64,000 nt of DNA, from positions 9,426,001-9,490,000 of the forward strand of contig CM075988.1 in the NCBI GenBank assembly GCA_038087875.1, given 5' to 3'. Positions 37,475 to 47,269 of this stretch are shown here, in pieces; the stretch's first letter is position 1; every line of letters starts with the position of its first letter. The position numbers and the translations under genes were made by a program. The notes below the pieces were generated by a model that worked only from the letters and a program-made list of their open reading frames with translations, searched no databases and was not told the origin of the DNA. The DNA comes from Malacoraja senta. Lineage: Eukaryota.

Positions 37475-37823
37475 GGCTTGCACGGACCGTATCGATTGAC
37501 AAAGTTAGTGGGCTACTCCTCCAGCCTCAAGAGCTGTAAACACCCCTGTCGAGATGGTGAAATTATGTACCCCGAAAGACCCCATAATTGCTAAACTAGA
37601 CCCTTGAAGCACATTAACTTACACTATACACCTTTTACTTTAAATCAATCCCACAAACCACACAGTACCATCATGACCGTTCACCGAAAATGCAGGGAAC
37701 ACAACATATGTACTAAAACCATTGCAATAGAGTACAGACATTTTACAGTGCCAAGGTGTCGTTACAGCTGCGTCGGGCGGCTCGATTTACCAGCTGTTGT
37801 AATTTGGTCATCCTCCTTCCCCT

Positions 37824-39005
37824 TTAAAATTTGCAATTAATACATAGCAAATACACCACAATTATCATCTGGCAGATGATCAGAACATGGGACACGATGC
37901 GGACCCATACTGGAACTACGATCCAGGACTCCAGGTCCCACCAACTTGGAGACTTGATTTCTTCGATCTCCCTGGCGATATCCAGTGTCTTTTGTTCCAG
38001 GGAGAAGAAGTGTTTGTGCGACAACTCGACCGCCGCCAGCAACTCTTTTAAATTTTCCTTTACTGGGGGAATATCATACCCGAAATGGGCCACGTAGTTA
38101 GATAAGTCCGTTACATTGTCTCGTACCAAGAGGTGAACCAAAGAAGGTTCCGGGATGGGTAATATTCGCTGCTGTGCCACATGGACTTCTGCCCTGGGTT
38201 TAAAACAGAAGCTGCTGTGTGGTATCGGGCACCACAGCTGTGATCCGTGCTGATACCGCTGGGCACTTGTGGTGACACAGTATGTCCCACTGCCTATATA
38301 CGCCACCTGTGGAGGGACATGGTCTGCCGCCATCGCCTCCTTGGTACAGTTTATAGGCTGTGCCCCAACAGTCCTGAACCCACACTGAGGCCTAGCCTTG
38401 GCGCCCATGTGCTCCCCGGCTCCGACAACCCAAAAGGTCAATGCCTGTCACAGCTTGCTCCCTCACTATGACATAAGGCAGGAACTTCCTGTAGCGAATA
38501 TACACCCCCCCACGAACAACTCCCACGTTCTCCACTCGGTACAGAGGAGCTGGTCGTGCCGAGGTTCCCATCACCGGGATTCTTACGACCACTCCCATTA
38601 TGGTGTGATTGGACTTTCCACAATCCACTGGTACCGGGTAGGCCTCGGAGGCCACACGAAGCTGACAAGGACTCAAAGTGCTGTTATAAGGGTGTAGCGC
38701 TGCTAGGTGCTGGTTGCTTATCCAGGAGGGGACCTGACCTTGCCTCAGGTCTTCCAGGTTGCTCCTCCCCTCCCCCAACAACCACGCACCATACAGCCCA
38801 CACACCTCATTCTGTGCAGCCTGATCGGACGCATTCCGGTCCTCTTTAATCAAAGCGTTTATCGTTTTTGCATGTGTCTCCAATTGTGCTATGATTTCTT
38901 TTAGATGTAGAGTCATTGCCACCTCTTCGTGCAGCCCCGATCCTACCACCGCATTTTCCTCCCCCAGAACCACGTTGCCATCATCCATACGGCGGGGCTA
39001 CCCAT
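37824..39005 (-). pseudogene. env: env-like class I fusion glycoprotein (F-type), internally deleted and frameshifted
   Basis: Heptad repeat LHLKEIIAQLETHAKTINALIK, Cys-rich beta region, second heptad LKELLAAVEL..LEQKTLDIAREIEEI, WW plus TM segment (VPVWVRIVSHVLIICQMIIVVYLLCI); located after IN. Confidence 0.8.
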
Positions 39006-39326
39006 CTGGAAAACAAAGCAAAACACCTCCTTTCCTCCACATCGCTGTCCGCATCCCTGCACTCCATCACACCCATGGAAGAGTGGCCATCCGGCCGACG
39101 GTAGTGGCTACCGTCCTAATAATGGCATTCGGGGTTTTGCCTTTGTCTGTTGTGATCTACTTTTCCACAACCCATCCCTTCGATGCAGCCGACGTTCCCG
39201 TACTGTCCGTCCCTGTACTCCCCTGTATCTATACAAAACCCTATATCTTATTACCAAACGCTAACTACATCTACTCACACACAAACCAATGCTATATACA
39301 ACGCCACCCGTCTCCGGGTGGCCAAC

Positions 39327-41095
39327 TCATAACTGGTCCCCGTCACGCTGGGGCCACCCCTCTGGTGGGCCCACCCGTGCAGGCCAGAACTCCTCCTGTC
39401 GAGGGGCCTGACTGCCCCTCACCTCCCTTTGCACTACGGGGTTTCGAGATACCCCTACGTTCCCTGTGGAGACTGGGCTCCCTCCAGCCGCACTCCGTAG
39501 TGCCCTGTTTCGGCCACTCTCCCTCCCGGCCCTCCTGTGGCCGGCCCTAGCCCTAGGTTTAATTAGGGATGGGGACCACCTTACTGGGGGTTTAGTGACC
39601 CTGTTACTCCTACATCTGACCGGGGGTTCCCACACCAGAGGTGATACCTCCATCTCCTCTGCTTCTGCTAGTTCTGCCTCTCTTAGGCAGTCTATGGTAC
39701 CTGCCTGCGGAGGGCTGGTATCAGCATCCTTCCCCGCTGCTTCCAGTCCTCGCCCTGGGACACAGCAGGCTACTTCAGGCTGACTACCTGTGGGCTCGCC
39801 TGGCTCCCCTACGGTTTCCACATCAACCCGGGTCTGTTCTTGATCCTGTTCCCTGACATGTACCCCTTTCTTACTTTTCCCTGCCCTTGTGGGGTCAATC
39901 AATTTACACTGGTTGATGTGGAACCATTTGACTCTACGGGGAAGCTGAATGACATACACCATGGGACTGGCCTTGTCCACTATGTTGTATGGGCCAGCAT
40001 ACAAGGGTTCGAACACCCCTCCCCAGCATATCTCCTGACCATTACCTGGTCCCCCACTGCCCACTCGCAATGCCTATGAGGCTCCAGCAGTAGCTTGTTT
40101 CTTTGGTGCTGGGCCCCCATGTTTCTGGCTGCCTGCCAGTGAACCTGCCTAAGTTGTTCAAATAGCCTCTTGGCGAACTTGTCCCGGTTCACTTCCCTGA
40201 GCTGTCCCTCTGTTAGGGCTGGGACCATAACGTGCATGGACGTTCTCATGACCCGGCCCGTCATAAGCTCATGGGGAGAATACCCCGTACTCCTGGACTG
40301 GCTGGCCCGAATCCCCATAAGGACCAGGGGTAAAACCTCCACCCACAGGTTGGGTGAGTCCCCTGTTTCCTTCCTTATCCTTTCCTTTATTGTCCGGTTC
40401 AACCGGTCTACCAGACTTGAGGACTGGGGGTGGTAGGCCACATGCCACTTGGCCTTGATGCCCAGTATTCTAAGGGTGGACTGCATGACCTGTCCCGTGA
40501 AATGGCTCCCCTGATCTGACTCCACGATCTGTGGGAATCCCCACCTGGTGAACACCTCCCTAACCAGGATTTTTGCTGTACCCATAGCGGTGGCTGCTCT
40601 GCAAGGGAAGGCCTTTGAGAACACATCCACAAGGAGTAAGCAGTACTTGTAACCCCCTTGAGCGGTTGGAAGGGGTCCGATGTAGTCGATTTGAATCGAC
40701 TGCCATGGCCCCTCCACCCTCTTGATGTGTCCCATAGAAACCTTCCTTTTCTGGGGGTCTGGGATGTTTGCTGCGCAAACCAGACAGCTTGCGCAAAAGT
40801 CGCGAACGTCTCCCCTGAGCCCTGGCCACCATCCTGCCATCTCTACTCGCTGCCATGTGGTCTCTGGCCCGGGGTGACCTGCCCCTGGACACTCATGGGC
40901 TAGTTTTAAAAATTCCCTTCTGTACAGGGAAGGCACTACCCACTTATCTCCCTTGAATAACATGCCTTCCTTTACTGACATGTCTTTACCCCGATATGGT
41001 CCCTCTATCTTCTCCTGCCTGCAAATGGCTGCTGAGGCAGCCTTTAAAATGGGGTCTTGTGCCTGGACCATGGTCAGGTCCGGGGCCAAAACCAC
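39327..41095 (-). pseudogene. pol: ERV integrase (HHCC, DDE, GPY/F C-terminus)
   Basis: AHECPGAGHPG..CASCLVC, IQIDYIGPLP, ESDQGSHF, YHPQSSSLVDRLN, FEPLYAGPY. Confidence 0.93.
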
Positions 41096-41117
41096 TCCCG
41101 CACTCCCCTTTTCTCGA

Positions 41118-41240
41118 GGCTTAATGTATGTGGGAGTTTAAGGGCTAGGGCTATCTCCGCCTCGGGGTCCCAGATCCCACAGCCCGTGAGCCTTATGCCC
41201 TCGGACACGATACTGGACCCTTCCACGTATATTTCCCAAC
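41118..41240 (-). pseudogene. pol: N-terminal remnant of a second (retroviral-type) RNase H
   Basis: WEIYVEGSS..GIRLTGCGI..LKLPHTLS resembles YxDGS..GxG; breaks off just before the expected AQxAEL helix. Confidence 0.7.
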
Positions 41241-41367
41241 CCGTGGGATGTAACCCTGCTCTAAGCCCAAAGTCCACCTCCCATACCTCTTCCACCGAGC
41301 AATGGTGTGGCTCCCCTGGGTACACGAAATTGGCTGCGAGCTTGGGCTCACATAGCCTCTCAACCCG

Positions 41368-41790
41368 TCAGGCCATTTGGGAAAGGAGAAGGGTCCAGCG
41401 AGTGATCCTCGCACTGCTAACGGTCCCATCCTTAATCCGACCGTCCAGCAGCATCTGGGTTGGGGTATGGTGGGTCAGGAGGGTGATGGGGGACATTCTT
41501 ATGAAGACCTGTACCCTCTTCACAGCCCAGTATGTGGCTAGCAGGTGCCGCTCACAGTTTGAATAGGACCTTTCTACCTCTGTGAGGACTCTGGAGGAAT
41601 ACACCACTGGCCTTAACTTGCCATGCCGTTCCTGGAGGAGCACTGCGCCCAGGCCATCGCTGCCTGCGGCTACCTCCAGGAAAAATTCCTCCCTGTAGTC
41701 GATGGCTCCCAGAGCTGGGGCCTTTTGCAGGTCCCGCTTCAAATGAACGAATGCCGACTCGCACTGCTCATCCCACTCCCACTCTACCAC
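41368..41790 (-). pseudogene. pol: Degenerate Ty3/gypsy-type RNase H (tether/connection domain)
   Basis: FFLEVAAGSDGLGAVL, PVVYSSRVLT..ERSYSNCERHLLA, LLTHHTP, ARITRWTLLL; catalytic acidic residues replaced. Confidence 0.85.
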
Positions 41791-42560
41791 TTTGCATAGA
41801 AGCCGGTGCAGAGGTGCTGCGGTCGCGGCATAGTCCTCTATAAAGTCTCGGCAGTAGCCCGTGACTCCCAGAAATGACCTTACCCCCCCACGTCCGTTGG
41901 GACTGGGAGTTCCTGCACTGCCTGCCTTCTTGCGGTATCGATACCCCTTTCTCCGGCCCTAAGGGTCAGTCCCAAGAACTTTATCTCTTGTAACCCTATC
42001 TGTGCCTTCTTGGGATTTACTTTTAAACCGCTCTTACAGAGCAGCTCCAGCAGTTCGTTTACTGGGGGCCCATGTTCCTCACTGGTGTCCGTGAATAGCA
42101 AAATATCATCCACATACTGGACGACCTTGTGGGGCTTACTGAATTCCTTTAAATATTCCGCCATACATTGGTGGAAAATGCTGGGGCTATTGTGGAACCC
42201 TTGGGGAAGACAGTTCCACGTGTACTGCTGCCCCTTGAATGTGAAAGCAAATTTGTACTGGTCTTCCTTCCTGACCGGGATAGACCAGAAACCGCTGGAA
42301 TTTCCCTTAATAAGTCTGCTACGTCTGCCACAGTTGGTGCGCAAGCCGGAATGTTCTTATTCAGGACCCTATAATCTACCGTGGCCCTCCATGAATTGTC
42401 TGGCTTCCGTACGGGCCAGAGCGGTGAGTTCACGTGGGTGGCTATGGGCCTCACAACGCCTTGCTTAACCAGTGAACTCAGGGCGACTTCTAAGTCAGCC
42501 TCTGCTTCTCGGGGAAAACTATACTGTTTCTGCGGTCAGGACATGGGATCCCCGTCTATC
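41791..42560 (-). pseudogene. pol: ERV reverse transcriptase (frameshifted, small deletion near motif A)
   Basis: NSPLWPVRKPDNSWRATVDYRVLN, KFAFTF, LPQGFHNSP, QYVDDILL, KFLG. Confidence 0.94.
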
Positions 42561-42699
42561 CTGACCTCTGTTCCTGTGACCCTTCCACAGTCGTGCTTGT
42601 GAGTAGCGAATGCGGCCAAATTTCGCTTAACATGGCCTCGATACTCTGTCGGGGTCTGCCTCACTAGGGCCTCTACATCGTACCCCTCTCTGGTCTTCA

Positions 42700-43157
42700 C
42701 GACACACAGAGCCCCTCTCTCTGGTGCCCTCTCGATCACCATTACCTCCTTCTCTCTCTCAGCCCCTTCTCCTGCTATGCCCCACAAACAGTGGTTCCTC
42801 AGGTCCTGGTGGGCCACTATAAAGTCGGCGCCTAGTATCCCCTTTCCCTCCTGCTCCCAACTCATCAGGATGCACTTCCACTGTGCCTGGAGTGCTCCTG
42901 GAGTGCTCCTAATCGAATGGACAAGGGAATGGACAGAGAAAAACCCCGTCTTCTCGTTTCCCGTAAATCCGACAAGACTATAGGGCACCCCACTAGATAG
43001 AGGGGATGTACGGGGATTGTCCGTGGACAATGGTACTGGAAGCACCTGTGTCCAGCAGGTAACTCCCGACCACATCCTGCACCTCCATCTTGACCCAGGG
43101 TCTCCCACATGGGCCATACTCTAACGGGCATAGGAATGTGGGCTGTTTCGCTGGCAG
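42700..43157 (-). pseudogene. pro: ERV aspartic protease (frameshifted)
   Basis: Minus strand CTG CTG GAC ACA GGT GCT TCC = LLDTGAS near 43040-43058; ILGADF downstream. Confidence 0.85.
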
Positions 43158-44966
43158 TCATAAAGGTGCCGGAGGTGCGGATACGGGCGCGCCCTGGCCT
43201 GTTGCCATGGCTACCTGTCTGGACCCTCCAGCCTTGGACTGCAAATAGGCCAATAGATCTTTTACATCTATTGTTACCGGCACGGCCGCTCCCTCCTCCG
43301 GGGCTGGGTCGGCTGTTACCGGGGTCCTATCCTCCACTGCTCTACTTGGGTTTCTGCACTCCCTCTTGTAGTGCCCGGGCTTCCCACACCCGTAGCACAC
43401 CGGCCTCATCTTGGAAGAGGTCCGGCTGCCTTCCTGTTTCCACTCCCTCCTTTTGGGGGGTGCCGGTACTATATTGTGCACCTTGCCCTTAAAGGGCTTC
43501 TCCTCACTTCTCTCCCCATTGCGATACGCAAGGGTGAGCTCCTTTATTACCTCCGCCTCGTTAAGGTTTGGGTCCGCTGGGTCGAACCAGTGCTCGGCCT
43601 TTGCCCTAACTCGCGGGAGGCAATTCGCTACCAGAGTCTTCAGCCAGTGGGCTGTTCTCTCATCTAAATTCCGCCTATCTAAAGGTGTCCCACACGCTCC
43701 CTCATACACTGCCCACAGTCTGTCTGCGAACATGTCCGGGGACTCAGCTACCTGCTGCTTCGTCTCCCCCACCCTGGCGAAAGGACTACCCTGATTCAAC
43801 CCCATGGCCTCCAGAACCTACCCATGTTTCAGGTCTTCCCCCTTCCCTGGAGGTCACCGCCTTGCATAGGTAGGAATCTAGGGTCATCAGTAGTAGCTTT
43901 ACCCGTTCTACCTCATCGCAATCGTTTATGTCGGCTGCCTGCTGCACCTCCATAAAATGCAATGACGGGTCTCCCGCCCTGGTTAACCTGGGAACGTGAG
44001 CCACCATCCCCCATGGGGAATGATGATATCACTCTCTATGGGCCCCCGATGGGCCCCCTATCTGCCTGCCATACCGGGGGACCATATTTCCTTTGTCGTA
44101 CCGGGCACATCTGCCCTACCCGGGGCTGTTGCCCCATTACCCCCTGCTCTCCCACCATGATCGGTAACCCCACCACCTCGTGGTGTGCTACACATGGCGC
44201 AGACGCCGCTAACTGAGGGTGCTCTCCCGCCCCTCCTTGGGCCTGTCCCTCCCCGGACAACCCGAGCCACACCTGCCGACCCGGACCTATTCCCCGTGCC
44301 TCAGGAGGCAGTCTATTCCCCTTTGCCCCTGTGGAATCATCTGCTGAGGGAAGCCCTCTGCCCCCGGGGGACCCCCCTAGTCCTACCAGGTGAACCCGTC
44401 CCCTAGTCTTGGACAGAGTCTCCTCCAGCTGCGCAACGCTTGCCTGGCAAGGCCCGTAATCACAATACCCTAACTCGCTACGGGCCACCCTGTATGCTGC
44501 TTGGATATCTTGGAACTTTCCCTCCAGCTCCCTGTATCTCTGTGTACTCTGAGCCAGGAGTTCCTGGGCATTCCGTTCCCTCTCCTTTGCCTCTACCGCC
44601 TGGCATTGGAGGAATTCCTGGGCATTTCTGTGGGACTCCCTAGCCTGCAAGATACACTGCCTGGCTTCACTGAGTTCCTCACATAGCCCTTCCCCTTCTC
44701 TAGCGCTTTCCTCAGCGCTGGCTCTAGCTTTTCTCAGTTGCTCTTCTAGACTCTCTACCTGTCTCTCTATTTTGGCTACCTGCTGTGATAGGCACGCTAG
44801 CCAAACTGTGCTGCTGTGCTGTCAAAAGTGGTACCACCCATTGTTTGGTGAGATTGATCTTTTTAAACAGATAAGAGGAGATTCTCTCCTCCATCTTGCT
44901 ACGTTCTCTCACCCCCTCTGGCAAGTCACATATCCCAAACCACCGAGGTCCTGCCGCGGTCGCCAT
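43158..44966 (-). pseudogene. gag: ERV gag (N-terminal coiled coil, capsid, single CCHC knuckle), frameshifted
   Basis: KQQVAESPDMFADRL (MHR-like), CYGCGKPGHYKREC, coiled-coil ORF 44036..44650. Confidence 0.85.
44948..44965 (-). promoter_or_regulatory. Primer binding site (tRNA-Ser-like)
   Basis: TGGCGACCGCGGCAGGA begins 3 nt after the terminal CA of the 5' LTR; TGGCG...GGCAGGA resembles the complement of a tRNA-Ser 3' end. Confidence 0.7.
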
Positions 44967-44968
44967 TC

Positions 44969-45982
44969 TGTTGGGGTTTAGTTCCCTTTGTTCCACTCCG
45001 GGCCCAACTGCCCGAGTGATTCTCTCCCTTGTCGGTGGGTCAAACGGCCACCACTCCACTCGAGCGGTTCCCAAGAGAGAATACAAAAAAGGGGTTCCCC
45101 TGGGTTCTAGACTTCGGAATTATGGTGGGATATGATAAAAGGTTGACTTGACCAGAGCGTGCTGATGAGAGAAAACAGAAACCAAGACGGACTCAAAGCA
45201 AGTCTAAAATTTACAGGCTTTATTGAACAAATGAGAAATCGAATCTCACCAACTCTACATAATACGTGACTAAACTTATGCTTTAAACTAAGACTATGGA
45301 AAGAAAATTATCGGGCATGTCGTAAAAACTTACGTTATACAATTTTAATTACAAATGCACCCCCTTTCCCCTTCTTCTCTCAACCTCTATCCTATTTCGG
45401 GAACTTCACCAGGTCGTCTGGGGTACTTACAGCTAGATCGATGCAGGGTCAGGAGTCGTCCAACAGAGCAGAAAAAGAGAGCGAGCTCTTGCGTGCCTGT
45501 CCCTTTTATACCTGAGTTTCTCCCTTGAAACCTCCCAGGTGGTCCTCTGGACAAAAGGGTCTTTCGATGATTCCCAGTTTCGATCTGGCATGAACATTAG
45601 GCTTCCGATGATAATGGGTTTGCTGATGTCACGATGCATCAGCTTAATCGTTATCCCATCACCTGGATGGGCTCCCATTGTCCTGATGGATGGGCCATTT
45701 ACGATGGTGATTGTCTTGCTGCTGGGCTATTTACCCCCGTCTGGTGGGCTCGGTACCTTCCTTTGTCTTTCCAAGATAATCTCGTTATATCCGTCCCGGC
45801 TATTCCTGTTCTCACCATTCGCATAGTCATGTGGCTGCCCAGGCCCACAGACAGGTTTTAAACTTGTTCTTCTGTGATCCCTTGGGGGTTTTCCTTTTGC
45901 AGCCAGCATGTCCGTTTTAAAATGTCCAGGTCCTTATCCCCGAGTTCTTCCATAATTCGAGGATTTGCCCCAATAACTTACA
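44969..45982 (-). repeat. ERV 5' LTR (1014 bp) with TATA box (~45504-45510) and AATAAA (~45219-45224)
   Basis: Minus strand TGTAAG...CCAACA; GGTATAAAAGGG lies upstream of AATAAA. Confidence 0.96.
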
Positions 45983-46310
45983 GGTGCACAGAGTGTTTTA
46001 CCCAGGGTGGGGGAATCACAAACCAAAGGTCATTGGTATAAGGTGAGTGGAGAAAGAGGGGCAACTTTTTCCACACAGAAGGTGGTGGGTATATGGAACG
46101 AGCTGCCACATGGTATAGTTGAGGCAGGTAGTAAACAACATTTAAAGGACATTTGGATAGGTATACGGGTAGGAAAGGTTTAGCGGAATATGGGCCTAAT
46201 GCAGGCAGGTGAGACTAGTGTAGACTAGTTGGCATCTCAGTTGGCATGGGCAAGTTGGGCCGAAGGTCCAGATTCCATGAAGTATTATTCTATGACTCTG
46301 TCTATAACTC
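45983..46310 (+). mobile_element. CR1-like LINE 3' fragment continuing from ~36438-36460 (ERV target)
   Basis: Rejoined flank reads GGAATAGATAGGGTAGGTGCACAGAGT, a typical CR1 3' sequence. Confidence 0.8.
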
Positions 46311-46319
46311 TAAATCAAA

Positions 46320-46515
46320 TATAGACGCAAAATGCTGGAGTAACTCAGCAGGACAGGCAGCATCTCTGGAGACACCAGTCTGAAGTCTGAAGAAGGGTCT
46401 CAACCCGAAATGTCACCCATTCCTTCTCTCCAGGGATGCTGCCTGTCCCGCTGAGATACTCCAGCATTTGGTGTCTATTTTCAGTTTAAACCAGCTGCAG
46501 TTCCTTCCTCACACC
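46320..46515. mobile_element. Short palindromic Penelope pLTR-derived insertion
   Basis: Inverted halves; CTGAAGAAGGGTCTCAACCCGAAATGTC core; flanks AAATCAAATAT / AAATGAAATAT. Confidence 0.75.
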
Positions 46516-47269
46516 CCAAATGAAATATTCAACCATCGCGTAATTTCCGAGCACACATTTTGAGGATGGGTTTGGACAAAATTAATAGCCGTGCCAAAGA
46601 GTGTAACGGCTGAACACCTTCAAGAGAATCCCATTCGATGTAGAGTCATTCCCATCTCGTTAATGTTCCTCCTCAATCACTGAGATATATCTGAACAAAG
46701 TTTGTGTGGCTGGTTCCAATTGTTGCTTTTCCTAAAACAATTCTCAAAAACTATCACGGCACATCCAGAAATGTAACTGAAACCATGTCAAAATTAATAA
46801 CATCATAAAACACTTAAAAAGACAAATTGCTCATTTTCTCTTACTTGAAGCCTGAGAGAAAGTCCATTATTATTTTTTTTGTTCTTGGCTGACTATGTTG
46901 TTTAAACCATAGATTTAGAACTGATGTATTTAATGTTCCCATTAACATCACATAAATACATGATCATAACAATAAAGGATTGAAACCTGTAGCCAATATA
47001 TCTCATTAATGAGAATGTGCTTAAATATCATCCATCTTGTGGAAGAGGGTGAATGGTTTGGGAAAAGCATAAAATTCAAAAATGAATGGCATCTATACAC
47101 TTTTACAAGAGACTTACTGAACTGCTGTATGCTTCCAGAACACCTTGCGGACATGCACCTGGACACATCTCATCATTAATTTAAGGCAATTTTAGCATAA
47201 TCAAGAACCTCTTGTCTTCAGGCAACTATATGCCCATTTTTGGAGCGACCCTCTAACTGCGTAGTAGGT

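Larger units (their letters stand above)
36461..45982 (-). mobile_element. Endogenous retrovirus, lokiretrovirus-like provirus (LTR-gag-pro/pol-env-LTR), defective
   Basis: TG...CA termini, two 1014-bp LTRs, 4-bp TSD GGTG (36457-36460 and 45983-45986) inside a CR1 fragment, PBS, retroviral-type ORF order. Confidence 0.93.

Noticed and set aside
38891..39550. 219-aa plus-strand ORF antisense to the ERV pol-env junction
   Set aside because: No recognisable domain; cannot distinguish it from a chance antisense ORF with one copy
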